Positions 40,459-50,410 of a stretch of DNA of 61,649 bases are shown here, piece after piece (within the stretch, counting starts at the first letter, position 1; every line of letters begins with the position of its first letter). The translations under genes were made by a program, and so were the position numbers. The notes below the pieces were generated by a model. That model had not been told where the DNA came from. It did no database searches and worked only from the letters and a program-made list of their open reading frames with translations. This DNA comes from an uncultured Alphaproteobacteria bacterium. GTDB taxonomy: Bacteria; Pseudomonadota; Alphaproteobacteria; Rs-D84. The stretch lies in contig CALXPB010000002.1 of assembly GCA_944390225.1 (NCBI GenBank), positions 1 to 61,649 of the forward strand, read 5' to 3'.

Positions 40459-41202
40459 ATGAAATTACGTTATATAACCTGCTCTGACCCACGTGAAGAT
40501 ACACCCGTTGAAGATATTTTAAAACTGTCGCAAATTGCACCAAATGTAGAAATAGCCGTACAAGTACATCATTCAAAAATGTCTTTTGATATGCCAAGGC
40601 GCAAATGGTTTGAAACGCTTCTGAAAGAATCTTTATCCATGCCAACAGCACCAAATCTTGCCGCGCACGTAAACTTAGACTGGTGTGATAAGTTTTGCCA
40701 AGGAATTTTAGTACCCGATTTATTGGATTTATTCTTTTTACTTCGTGAAGATGGTATGCCCGCGATTCGCCGTTGGCAAATAAATATACACGGCAGTAAA
40801 ACAAAATTATTTAAAACAGAAAACATTGGTAAATTAATGAAAAATTATCCTAATCGTGAATTTATTTTTCAATATGGAGCATCTGAATACCACAGAATGC
40901 AAAGGCTTGATAAAAACGCCGCAAACTTCTCGTTATTGTATGATACATCAGGTGGTGCGGGCAAACTGACAAAGAACTGGCGCGCACCTTTATTTGAGAA
41001 ACATCCACAAGGTTATGCAGGTGGCCTGTCACCAGAAAATGTTGTACAAAACCTTGATAAAATTTCAAAAGTTGCAGGTAGTCGCACAGATATATGGATT
41101 GATGCAGAAGGGAAATTAAAAACACCCGGTACAAAAACATTTGATATAAATCGTGCAAAACAATATATAAATGCCGCACTAAACTGGCAAAAGACAAAAT
41201 AA
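40459..41202 (+). CDS. TrpF (PRAI)-like TIM-barrel protein, copy 1
   Basis: YITCSD, LLYDTSGGAG, GYAGGLSPENV, WIDAEG motifs. Confidence 0.65.
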   Translation: MKLRYITCSDPREDTPVEDILKLSQIAPNVEIAVQVHHSKMSFDMPRRKWFETLLKESLSMPTAPNLAAHVNLDWCDKFCQGILVPDLLDLFFLLREDGMPAIRRWQINIHGSKTKLFKTENIGKLMKNYPNREFIFQYGASEYHRMQRLDKNAANFSLLYDTSGGAGKLTKNWRAPLFEKHPQGYAGGLSPENVVQNLDKISKVAGSRTDIWIDAEGKLKTPGTKTFDINRAKQYINAALNWQKTK

Positions 41203-41213
41203 AAGAAAACTGG

Positions 41214-41963
41214 ATGAAGTTACGCTATATAACCTGTTCAGACATCAGAGAAGATATACCTGTAAATAAAGCAATAGATTTATTACGCGTATCACCAAAA
41301 GCAGAACTGGGCATACAAGCGCATTACCCAAGTATGTGCACTGGCATGCCACGCAGAATTTGGCTTGAAGAACTATTAAAAAAGTCTGATACTTTTTTTA
41401 ACCCGTTAAACATTGCACTGCACGTAAATTATGATTGGTGTTCTGATTTCTGTTCTGGAAATATTCCAACAGAACTTAAGTCTTTATTAGACAGAAAGCA
41501 TAAAAATACAGGCAGGCCAATAATTAAAAGATGGCAACTAAATTTAGGCGATGGAACGATTATACCAGAAGCTAAAGACATTTCCGGCATAATAAAATCT
41601 TATCCTTATCTGGAATTTATATTTCCATATAATAACAATTACAAATTACAAAATTTCATAGAAAACCTACATAAAACTGGGGTTAATTTTTCTTTATTAT
41701 TTGACGCATCTTATGGTGCAGGCATCAGTCCTTCATCTTGGGACAAACCTGTTTATCAACAACATCCACAAGGATATGCAGGTGGTCTGTCGCCAGAAAA
41801 CGTTTCAAGAAACCTTGATAAAATTGCAAAGGTTGCAGGCGACAGAACAGATGTATGGATTGATGCAGAGGGTAAATTAATGAAACCCGGTACCAGAATA
41901 TTCGATTTAAATCGGGCAAAACAATACATAAACGCCGCATTAAGATGGCAAAAAACAAAATAA
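41214..41963 (+). CDS. TrpF (PRAI)-like TIM-barrel protein, copy 2
   Basis: Tandem paralog of copy 1: MKLRYITCSD, LLFDASYGAG, HPQGYAGGLSPENV, WIDAEGKL. Confidence 0.65.
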   Translation: MKLRYITCSDIREDIPVNKAIDLLRVSPKAELGIQAHYPSMCTGMPRRIWLEELLKKSDTFFNPLNIALHVNYDWCSDFCSGNIPTELKSLLDRKHKNTGRPIIKRWQLNLGDGTIIPEAKDISGIIKSYPYLEFIFPYNNNYKLQNFIENLHKTGVNFSLLFDASYGAGISPSSWDKPVYQQHPQGYAGGLSPENVSRNLDKIAKVAGDRTDVWIDAEGKLMKPGTRIFDLNRAKQYINAALRWQKTK

Positions 41964-41985
41964 AACCCGCTTTTGCGGGTTTTTT
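41962..41985. terminator. Bidirectional terminator
   Basis: AAAACCCGC-TTTT-GCGGGTTTT. Confidence 0.75.
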
Positions 41986-41986
41986 C

Positions 41987-42634
41987 TTACTTGTTTGGAA
42001 TAATTTTTATTTCCACCCTACGATTTTGCTGGCGCCCTTCGGCAGTTGAATTAGACGCTATTGGATTAGATGAACCTAGCCCCATAATCTCAAATCTAGA
42101 AGACTTTACACCCTGCCCTTGCAAATATGCCGCAACCGCACTTGCGCGTTGTTGCGACAAAGTCTGATTGTATTGTGCTGTACCTGTGCTATCTGTATAA
42201 CCTAAAACCATTACTGTTGAATTATCATACTTGTTTAATACCTTTGCGACAGAATTCAATGTTGAATAGAACCCTGCATTTATATCCGCAGAATCTGTTT
42301 TAAATGTTATATTTCCCGGCATAATCAAACGAATACTATCTCCGTCTCGGATAACGCTTACACCAGTTGACGCCAATTCTTGACGTAATTCGGCCTCCTG
42401 AACATCTAGGTAATAGCCAACACCGCCACCCAGCGCAGCACCAGCCAAACCACCAACCAATGCCCCTGTACCACTATTTTTTGATACCAAAGCACCTGTT
42501 GCAGCACCCGTTGCAGCACCTATTGCGGTTCCCCATACTGCTTTTGACGTCTGCGCCTCGCCAGTATAAGGGTTAACCGTTGCACACGCGCTTAACATAG
42601 AAGCAATCATTAAACCTGCTAATAATTTTTTCAT
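41987..42634 (-). CDS. yiaD: YiaD-like OmpA-family lipoprotein
   Basis: LSA|C lipobox, NPYTGE, glycine zipper, GYTDSTG..YNQTLSQQRA, NRRVEI. Confidence 0.85.
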   Translation of the reverse strand: MKKLLAGLMIASMLSACATVNPYTGEAQTSKAVWGTAIGAATGAATGALVSKNSGTGALVGGLAGAALGGGVGYYLDVQEAELRQELASTGVSVIRDGDSIRLIMPGNITFKTDSADINAGFYSTLNSVAKVLNKYDNSTVMVLGYTDSTGTAQYNQTLSQQRASAVAAYLQGQGVKSSRFEIMGLGSSNPIASNSTAEGRQQNRRVEIKIIPNK

Positions 42635-42752
42635 AAATCATTCTCCTTTCTTTTGACCATACTATTGTAACCATAATATTTAAAAATTTCAAAAAATATT
42701 ATAAGAAAAAACGCCATTTGGATTCGGGGGTTTTTGTCCAACACATTAAAAC

Positions 42753-42776
42753 AAAAAGCCGCAGTTTCCTGCGGTT
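42753..42776 (-). terminator. Terminator downstream of tRNA-Val
   Basis: Minus strand AACCGCAG-GAAA-CTGCGGCTTTTT. Confidence 0.7.
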
Positions 42777-42783
42777 CTAATTC

Positions 42784-42860
42784 TGGTGGATGTTGAGGGA
42801 CTCAAACCCCCGACCTTCTCGGTGTAAACGAGACGCTCTAATCAGCTGAGCTAAACATCC
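42784..42860 (-). tRNA. tRNA-Val (UAC)
   Basis: Cloverleaf: acceptor GGAUGUU/AACAUCC, D stem GCUC/GAGC, anticodon stem UCUCG-UU UAC AC-CGAGA, A73 and encoded CCA. Confidence 0.95.
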
Positions 42861-42908
42861 AAAACAGTGCGCTTATGATAAACCATTTTTTTAACATTGT
42901 CCAGTTTT

Positions 42909-43208
42909 TTATTCTGGCATCGGCACCCCTTCTGTCGCTTCACCCATAACCTTGTCTATCAATTCGTCTGCTTTTGATTTTGCATCACGATAAGCCGTCG
43001 CAACAATAGATGAAACAAACGACGCACCTTTTGATAGAACATCTTCTCTTATTGTTATATCTATCAAATCATATTTACCGGTCATATCAATTATACAAGC
43101 ACCGTTTTCTGCTATGCCCTTGACATGCATCTGAGCCAATTTATCCTGCGCAGCAGCAACCTTTTCTTGCAACGCATTAGCCTGTGCCATTAATTCATCC
43201 ATATCCAT
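42909..43208 (-). CDS. ybaB: YbaB/EbfC nucleoid-associated protein
   Basis: AAGGAG SD; MDELMAQANALQEK...VKGIAENG pattern. Confidence 0.75.
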   Translation of the reverse strand: MDMDELMAQANALQEKVAAAQDKLAQMHVKGIAENGACIIDMTGKYDLIDITIREDVLSKGASFVSSIVATAYRDAKSKADELIDKVMGEATEGVPMPE

Positions 43209-43254
43209 TTTACTCTCCTTATTTTTTCTGCCCCGCATATGCGGGGCAATATAA

Positions 43255-45435
43255 TTATTTCTCTATTTCTTTACCGGTTTTCTGATCAATACCTACCATA
43301 GACATACGCGTTTTTCCACGTTTATCGGCACCTAGATATTTTACGAAAACTTTATCTCCTTCTTTAATTTTCGTATCTTCTATCTTTGCGATTCTTTCAC
43401 CGGTTATCTCAGATATATGAACCATTGATTCAAAACCGTTCAAGATTTTTACGAATAAACCGAAATCTTTTATACCAGATACTGTACCTTCGTAAATCAT
43501 ACCGACTTCTGGTTCTGCGACAATATCTTTGATACGTTTCATGGCTTCTTCGGCTTCCTCTTTGCTGGTTGCCAAGATTTTTATTGTACCGTCATCGTCT
43601 AAATCAATCTGAGTATTCGTTTCACGCGTTAAAGCCTGAATAACTGCCCCACCCTTTCCGATTACATCGCGAACTTTGTCAGGGTTAATCTTCATAGAGT
43701 ATGCCTGTGGAGCAAACTCAGACACATGTGCACGCGGTTTTTTAATTGCTTTTTCAATTTTACCTAAAATGTGCATACGGCCTTCTTTTGCTTGCGCCAA
43801 TGCTTTTTCCATAATTTCAAAAGTAATAGACGTTATTTTAATATCCATCTGTAATGCCGTTATACCGTCTTTTGTACCGGTTACCTTAAAGTCCATATCA
43901 CCAAGATGATCTTCATCCCCCAAGATATCCGTTAAAATGGCATAATCGTCACCTTCTTTTATTAATCCCATAGCAATTCCTGCAACTGGGCTTTTTAGCG
44001 GGACCCCACCGTCCATCATTGCCAAAGTAGCACCGCAAGTAGTCGCCATAGACGATGATCCATTAGATTCCAAAATATCGGAAACTACACGAATGACATA
44101 GTCGAACTCAGCACGACTTGGTACCATCGGATGAAGAGCACGCCATGCCAGATTTCCATGACCTATTTCACGGCGTCCGGGTGATTTTAAACCTTTTGCC
44201 TCGCCCACTGAATAACCAGGAAAATTATAGTTCAAAATAAAATCTTTTTCTTCTTCTCCGTCCAGCGATTCAATAGGTAATGCATCTTTACCGCCACCTA
44301 ATGTCAGCGATACTAACGCTTGTGTTTCTCCGCGAGTAAACAAAGCGGACCCATGCGCTCTTGGTAACAAACCCAGTTCAATTTCTATTGGGCGAACTGT
44401 TTTATTATCACGACCGTCGATACGAGGCTTGCCTGCAAGAATATTGCTACGCATAATATGCGCTGTTAAATTTTCTACTATTTCATCTGCCCACGATTCC
44501 AAAGTAGAAGTTGCAGTTGTCGATTCTGGTAGTAATTCAGGAATACGCGCCTTGGCTGCCGCATGAATATTACCAAGCGTTTCCAGACGTAATAACTTTT
44601 CCTTTATTTGTAACGCAGATTCTATCTCGCCAGAAAAAGATTCAAAATCTTTCTGCATAGTTATATATTCGTCAGATAATTCCGGTGTTTCCCAACGTTC
44701 TTTACCCGCTTTTTCTGCCAACTCGTTAATAGCAGAAATTACGGTCTGTTGCGCATCAAAGCCGAATTTTACTGCCCCCAAAGTTGTTGTTTCGTCCAAT
44801 TCACCGATTTCAGATTCAACCATCAAAACACCGTCTTTTGTTGCAGCAACAACCAAATCCATTTCAGAGTCTTCTGTTTCTTTCTTTGACGGGTTCAGTA
44901 AATATTTACCGTCTGCATATCCGACGCGCGCTGCACCTATCGGTCCTTGGAAAGGAACACCCGACAGAGCCAAAGCCGCACTGGATGCAATCATAGCCAA
45001 TATATCCGGCTGATTCTTTTTATCATAAGAAAAAACCTGAGCAATTATTTGAACCTTATTTTTAAAGGTTTCTGGGAACAAAGGACGAATAGGTCTGTCA
45101 ATTAAACGCGCAATCAAAGTTTCAGAAGTAGATGCTTTACCTTCACGTCTATCGCGCGAACCGGGTATCCGACCGGCAGAAGCAAATTTTTCTTGATAGT
45201 CAACAGTCAAAGGGAAAAAATCCTGTCCTTCAACCGCAGTTTTTTCTGCACATACCGTTGCCAAAACCATCGTTCCGCCCATAGTCGCCAGTACAGAACC
45301 GTTTGCTTGCTTCGCCATACGACCTGTTTCTAAACGCAATGTTTCATCACCGTATTTTACTTCAACTGCAACTGGATTGTTCAGTTGCGCTTTGCCATCT
45401 TTGTTAAATAAACCAAATAACATTTTTTTCTCCAT
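43255..45435 (-). CDS. pnp: Polyribonucleotide nucleotidyltransferase
   Basis: ETGRMAKQANG, FFPLTVDY, RIDGR, ESNGSSSMA, DEDHLGDMDFK, KH and S1 domains. Confidence 0.98.
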   Translation of the reverse strand: MEKKMLFGLFNKDGKAQLNNPVAVEVKYGDETLRLETGRMAKQANGSVLATMGGTMVLATVCAEKTAVEGQDFFPLTVDYQEKFASAGRIPGSRDRREGKASTSETLIARLIDRPIRPLFPETFKNKVQIIAQVFSYDKKNQPDILAMIASSAALALSGVPFQGPIGAARVGYADGKYLLNPSKKETEDSEMDLVVAATKDGVLMVESEIGELDETTTLGAVKFGFDAQQTVISAINELAEKAGKERWETPELSDEYITMQKDFESFSGEIESALQIKEKLLRLETLGNIHAAAKARIPELLPESTTATSTLESWADEIVENLTAHIMRSNILAGKPRIDGRDNKTVRPIEIELGLLPRAHGSALFTRGETQALVSLTLGGGKDALPIESLDGEEEKDFILNYNFPGYSVGEAKGLKSPGRREIGHGNLAWRALHPMVPSRAEFDYVIRVVSDILESNGSSSMATTCGATLAMMDGGVPLKSPVAGIAMGLIKEGDDYAILTDILGDEDHLGDMDFKVTGTKDGITALQMDIKITSITFEIMEKALAQAKEGRMHILGKIEKAIKKPRAHVSEFAPQAYSMKINPDKVRDVIGKGGAVIQALTRETNTQIDLDDDGTIKILATSKEEAEEAMKRIKDIVAEPEVGMIYEGTVSGIKDFGLFVKILNGFESMVHISEITGERIAKIEDTKIKEGDKVFVKYLGADKRGKTRMSMVGIDQKTGKEIEK

Positions 45436-45556
45436 TTTTTATTTCTTAAAAACGCGAAGAAAAATCATTCATTTTTGCATTCTGCCTGTAAATGCAAGAA
45501 AGAACAATTTCTCCTTCGCAATCCCGATTATAAAGAATATTTATGCTTTTGCAAAT

Positions 45557-45589
45557 AAAAAGTCCGGTAAAATTTACCGGACTTTTTTT
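45557..45589 (-). terminator. rpsO terminator
   Basis: AAAAAGTCCGGTAAA-A-TTTACCGGACTTTTT. Confidence 0.75.
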
Positions 45590-45860
45590 ACTTACGTAAA
45601 CCTAATTTTTTAATCAGATCTTCGTATTCCGAAACATTACGTTTCTTTATATACGTCAATAATTTCTTACGACGATTAACCATTAACAACAGACCACGTT
45701 TTGAGTGCTCATCTTTATGGTTATTTTTCATATGTTTCGTCAAATTACGAATACGTTCTGTCAAAACGGCAACCTGAGATGCGGCAGAACCACCGTTATC
45801 TTTTTCTGTCGTTTTAAACGCATTAATCAATTCAGATTTTTTTTCTTTTGTAACGGACAT
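45588..45860 (-). CDS. rpsO: 30S ribosomal protein S15
   Basis: [28 protein letters not shown]...LGLRK. Confidence 0.97.
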   Translation of the reverse strand: MSVTKEKKSELINAFKTTEKDNGGSAASQVAVLTERIRNLTKHMKNNHKDEHSKRGLLLMVNRRKKLLTYIKKRNVSEYEDLIKKLGLRK

Positions 45861-45877
45861 TACTTTTCCTTTTTCTG

Positions 45878-46750
45878 TTATATTGTTCGTTTCGGACGCA
45901 ACTGACCTTCTGACACAACACCTATACCGATAAAGATACCTTCATTATATACGCGTTTCAAACCGTCATTTGCGTTTGTTTTGATAAACCCACCGTGTTT
46001 ATAAAACTCTGTCGATTTATCGTCCAGATTTAGAACCGGAATGTCCCCCAGTCCAAAATCAATCGGTTTCAAGAAAATCTTGAAATCTGCACTATTATTA
46101 AACAGATTTTCTAAAAAATCAAGTTTTACCGCACTTTTTATATCAAAACCGTTTGTCAGAGTTCTGCGTATCATATCCACAGTCCCAAGAACCCCACATT
46201 TACGAGCAATATCACGTGCCAGCGCACGAACATAAGTTCCGCGACCGCAAACGACTTTAAAAGTCCAAGATTCTTGATTTTTCCCGATATATTCTAATGA
46301 ATATATTTTTACTTTCTTTGCAGGAATATCTATATTTTTGCCGGCACGCACCAACTCGTATGCTCTGCGTCCATCCACATGTACAGCACTATAAACTGGG
46401 GGTACCTGTTCTATCTCACCGATAAAATCGGACAAGATAGATATAACTTGCGCTTCTTCTGGGATAATATCTGTCCGTGCTATTTCTGCTCCCGTAATAT
46501 CAAGACTATCCGTTTCAAACCCAAACCGCATTGAAAATAGGTATTCTTTTTTCCCGTCTGAAATATCTTCTATAAAGGGTATCATTTTTGTTGCATCACC
46601 TAATGCAATTGGCAAAACACCCGACGCCATAGGATCAAGCGTACCGATATGTCCAAACCTTTTTACACCGAAAATACGCGCAATGTCCAGTCCTGCACTA
46701 CGACTGAACTTATTCGTCGGTTTATCTAAGATTATCCACCCAGAAGACAA
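45878..46750 (-). CDS. truB: tRNA pseudouridine(55) synthase
   Basis: [41 protein letters not shown] start abuts the upstream stop. Confidence 0.95.
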   Translation of the reverse strand: MSSGWIILDKPTNKFSRSAGLDIARIFGVKRFGHIGTLDPMASGVLPIALGDATKMIPFIEDISDGKKEYLFSMRFGFETDSLDITGAEIARTDIIPEEAQVISILSDFIGEIEQVPPVYSAVHVDGRRAYELVRAGKNIDIPAKKVKIYSLEYIGKNQESWTFKVVCGRGTYVRALARDIARKCGVLGTVDMIRRTLTNGFDIKSAVKLDFLENLFNNSADFKIFLKPIDFGLGDIPVLNLDDKSTEFYKHGGFIKTNANDGLKRVYNEGIFIGIGVVSEGQLRPKRTI

Positions 46751-47254
46751 TTAACGTTCCTTTATCACAAATTTTCGATTTAATACAAAATCTAAGTACT
46801 CATCCAGTTTCGACTTCCCTGAATTAACAGATGGATATACTTGTTCCAAATTATTTTGTTTAATGACGATTAAATCTTCATCGTTATTTATTACCACAGA
46901 ATGTTTTTCATAATGATTTCTTCTCATAAAAGGAACTTCTATCTCATAATAACTATGTTGTGCCTGTTTTGAACGCATGTTTGCAGATCGCCCTATCCAT
47001 ATTCGCGGTCCCCACAAAGGCTCTGATTTAAGATTATAGCCGTCAACATCAAATATGAAACGCGTTCCCAGTCTAAATACAGGCGAACAATTATTAAGCG
47101 ATGGATTAATACCAATAACCTTACCGTTTTTTGTATATAATTTTGTAAAATTAAAATTTTTTATAAATTCTTTCAATTGCTCCGCATCATAGAATTCACG
47201 ATAAACGGTATTTAACAAATCTGTTTCAAAAACCACTAATGATTTTGTTTCCAT
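46751..47254 (-). CDS. Hypothetical protein (paralog of 47257-47751)
   Basis: 167 aa ORF tightly coupled to its neighbours; LGTR...LKSE..WGPRI motif. Confidence 0.7.
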   Translation of the reverse strand: METKSLVVFETDLLNTVYREFYDAEQLKEFIKNFNFTKLYTKNGKVIGINPSLNNCSPVFRLGTRFIFDVDGYNLKSEPLWGPRIWIGRSANMRSKQAQHSYYEIEVPFMRRNHYEKHSVVINNDEDLIVIKQNNLEQVYPSVNSGKSKLDEYLDFVLNRKFVIKER

Positions 47255-47256
47255 AT

Positions 47257-47751
47257 CTAGTATCCTCGTATTTTATTTTCTTGTTTTTTTAATTTTTCTA
47301 TTTTGGTCAAATACTTTATAAATTCATTTTGATTAATCTCTCTTTTAGGCCAAATTTGACACAGGTTATTTATATCAAAAATAGCGTCTGCCATTCCCTT
47401 ATAGAACCGAATTTCTTTATATTCCCTATAAACAAATGACGAATATTCTGATTTTTCCAAGGAATCCAAAGGTACGACCGCAAAAATTCGCCCTTTCGAA
47501 TCTGTACGAACTGAAAGCCCGACCAAAATCCTTGGTCCCCATGTTATATCAGATTTCAACAGTTCTCCATTCAACTTTATATAACGTCTTGTACCAAGTT
47601 GAATTTCCGGCAGAGAGTTAAACTTACTCATGATATGAGGCGATAAAAAATTAACATTTTCTAAAAAACTCTTTAAACAACGCGAGTTAAAAAATTCTTT
47701 ATAGGTTGATATGAAGTCAGATTTTAACACATATAAAGTTTTTAATTTCAT
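47257..47751 (-). CDS. Hypothetical protein (paralog of 46751-47254)
   Basis: AAGGAG SD + ATG 47751; LGTR...LKSD..WGPRI motif. Confidence 0.7.
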   Translation of the reverse strand: MKLKTLYVLKSDFISTYKEFFNSRCLKSFLENVNFLSPHIMSKFNSLPEIQLGTRRYIKLNGELLKSDITWGPRILVGLSVRTDSKGRIFAVVPLDSLEKSEYSSFVYREYKEIRFYKGMADAIFDINNLCQIWPKREINQNEFIKYLTKIEKLKKQENKIRGY

Positions 47752-47853
47752 AAAAAACTCCTTAACCGAAAAGGTTCTGTTTTTCTCTCTCCTTCGGCTT
47801 GGAAACATTATCAGAATCTTTCGCCGTTATAAACCTTAAACAGGTTTGCCCTT

Positions 47854-50391
47854 TTATCCGAAAAGATTCAACTGAACCTTTTTATCTGGTTGAGCAACTT
47901 TATTACTTCCACATTGCGACTTATTATCAACAACGGCAGAATTAATATCTTCACATATATTCGCCTTATGTTCCTCCAAACCGGCCAAAATACTTTCTGC
48001 ACGTGCTACCACAGAAACTGGCATTCCCGCCATTTTCGCCACATGTATACCATAAGACCTATTTGCCACACCTGAAACTATTTTATGCATAAACACAATC
48101 TCATTATTATGCTCGCGTACATCTATCGTCAGGCAAGATACATTTCCCATTTTCCCCGTCTCGCAACCGACCAGAGCCGTTAGTTCATGGTAATGCGTAG
48201 CAAAAAGAGTTCTTGGCTGTAAATCATTTAAGTACTCTAATACCGCCTGCGCAATCGCCATACCATCATAAGTAGCCGTTCCTCGCCCTATTTCATCAAA
48301 AATTATGAAAGATTCTTTTGTGGCACGACGTAGAATATTTGCAGTTTCACTCATCTCAACCATAAAAGTAGACTGCCCTGCGGCTAAATTATCCGATGCA
48401 CCTACACGACTAAATAATTGATCACAAATACCTATTGTTGCGCTTGTTGCTGGAACAAAAGCCCCCATATGAGCCAATACAACTAACAGCGCGTTCTGAC
48501 GCAAATAAGTAGACTTACCTGCCATATTAGGCCCTGTTAATAGTGCAATAGATTTAGCATTCAAATTGCAATCGTTCTTTACAAAGTTATCACCATGTTT
48601 ACGTAATACGGCCTCTATGACCGGATGCCGACCACCGACAATATCAAACGCAATATCTTCGGTAATTGTCGGTCGAACCCACGAATACCTGTCTGCAACC
48701 ACAGCCAAAGAATACCAGACATCTAAGTCCGCTAATAATTCTGTGGTTGCCAATAAATCGTCAGATATATCTCGTATTTTCTGAATTAAATCGTTTATTA
48801 TATCTGTCTCTATTGCGGCAGACTTTTCGGCTGCACTACGAACATCATTATCTAAATCAATTAATTTAGCAGTCGTAAACCGCATATTCCCTGACATAGT
48901 CTGACGATGAATGAATCCAGATTCAGGTTTCATCAAACTTTCTGCACGAGCACTGGGAACTTCTATAAAATATCCTAAAATATTATTATACTTTATTTTT
49001 AAAGTATGAACACCTGTCGCTGCGGCATATTCTGCCTGCATACCGGCAATTGTTTCTTTTGCGCCGTGCGCCAGACTTCTCATATGATCCAAAGATACAT
49101 TAAAACCGTTTTTTATGACATCTCCGTCACGAAAAAACGTAGGTAATTCGTCTGCCAAAGCAGAATTTAGTTCCCACGCTAAATCGTCATGTGTGTTTAT
49201 CTCCGAAAATTTTGTAGCAAAATTTGAATCTAATTTTGTTGCCAGCATTTTAAAATTCGGTAATTCTATAAGGAAATCCGAAACATGTCGCATATCCCTA
49301 GGGGTTCCGCGTCCCGCCAATAATCTTGATAAACTGCGCCCTACATCCGGAACAGAAGATAACGCAACGGAAACGCTTGCCATAACGTCCGGGTTTAATA
49401 AGAAATGTCCGATATGTTCTTGTCTTCGTATAATTTCACCTATATCACCAGACAACGTACGCAAATAAGCCCGCAGTTTTCTGGCACCTGCCGCCGTTTT
49501 TGTGTTATCCAAGACATCAATTAAACAAGTTCCACCATCATTTATTGGCGCGTCTATTTCCAAACTTTTCCAAGTTGCAGAATCTACCAGCAATTGACGA
49601 CCAGATTTATATACATACGGAGCCCGAAAAGCAATTGATGCACCGCGTTGAGTATTAAACAAATACCCAGCCAACAAACCAACCGCATTATCACAGTTGG
49701 TCTTTTCCGTCTGGGTTCTAACTGTGCCACCAAATACCTGTGAAACTATCTGCCCTATGTCTGCACGATGATATAATTTTTCATACACAGGAGTTGTCTT
49801 GAATACATCACGTAAACGCAAAACAGTTTCATTTTCTGCCAAAGCCTCGGGGTAAATTACCTCTGCCGGATTAATTCGTACCAAATCATCCAGTATTTCG
49901 GCAGTCTGACCGACAAAAAATTCCCCAGTTGAAATATCACAACCGGCAATATCAAACAATCCGTCAGATAATAAAACAAAGGCAACCAAAAAGTTTGAGT
50001 TTTTAGGGGTTAATAAATTTTCATCCGTAAGAGTACCAGGTGTTAAAACGCGAATTACCTTTCTTTCTATAAATTTATGCCCGCGCGCTTTTGCCTCAGC
50101 CGGAGTTTCCATCTGCTCAACCAATGCAACGCGAAAACCAGCCCTGACCAAACGGCCAAAATAATTATCTGCCGCATGCCACGGAATACCGCACATCGGG
50201 ATATTTTCCCCCTCCCCGTCAGTACCACGTTGCGTCAAAACCAAACCTAAACTATCACTTATTATTTTTGCGTCCTCAAAAAACGCTTCATAAAAATCCC
50301 CTAACCTGAACATCAATAACGCATCTGGATTTTCCGCCTTTATATCTACGTATTGCTGCATTACAGGTGTTAATTTAGTTTTATCCGCCAC
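47854..50391 (-). CDS. mutS: DNA mismatch repair protein MutS
   Basis: TPVMQQY, FRLGDFYE, TGPNMAGKST, STFMVEM, DEIGRGT, FATHYHEL, SYGIHVA. Confidence 0.98.
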   Translation of the reverse strand: MADKTKLTPVMQQYVDIKAENPDALLMFRLGDFYEAFFEDAKIISDSLGLVLTQRGTDGEGENIPMCGIPWHAADNYFGRLVRAGFRVALVEQMETPAEAKARGHKFIERKVIRVLTPGTLTDENLLTPKNSNFLVAFVLLSDGLFDIAGCDISTGEFFVGQTAEILDDLVRINPAEVIYPEALAENETVLRLRDVFKTTPVYEKLYHRADIGQIVSQVFGGTVRTQTEKTNCDNAVGLLAGYLFNTQRGASIAFRAPYVYKSGRQLLVDSATWKSLEIDAPINDGGTCLIDVLDNTKTAAGARKLRAYLRTLSGDIGEIIRRQEHIGHFLLNPDVMASVSVALSSVPDVGRSLSRLLAGRGTPRDMRHVSDFLIELPNFKMLATKLDSNFATKFSEINTHDDLAWELNSALADELPTFFRDGDVIKNGFNVSLDHMRSLAHGAKETIAGMQAEYAAATGVHTLKIKYNNILGYFIEVPSARAESLMKPESGFIHRQTMSGNMRFTTAKLIDLDNDVRSAAEKSAAIETDIINDLIQKIRDISDDLLATTELLADLDVWYSLAVVADRYSWVRPTITEDIAFDIVGGRHPVIEAVLRKHGDNFVKNDCNLNAKSIALLTGPNMAGKSTYLRQNALLVVLAHMGAFVPATSATIGICDQLFSRVGASDNLAAGQSTFMVEMSETANILRRATKESFIIFDEIGRGTATYDGMAIAQAVLEYLNDLQPRTLFATHYHELTALVGCETGKMGNVSCLTIDVREHNNEIVFMHKIVSGVANRSYGIHVAKMAGMPVSVVARAESILAGLEEHKANICEDINSAVVDNKSQCGSNKVAQPDKKVQLNLFG

Positions 50392-50410
50392 GACTTTAAC
50401 CCACTTATTC

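Noticed and set aside
42635-42860. Genomic island integrated at tRNA-Val
   Set aside because: No integrase and no duplicated tRNA 3' end seen; flanked by core genes.
43229-43248. Perfect palindrome TGCCCCGCATATGCGGGGCA as a pnp terminator
   Set aside because: Followed by an A-run, not a U-run, on the transcribed strand; more likely a stabilising hairpin with read-through into ybaB.
47820-47853. AAGGGCAAACC resembling the start of a c-di-GMP-I riboswitch
   Set aside because: Lacks the GNRA-capped stem, the GACGCAAAG junction and the second stem.
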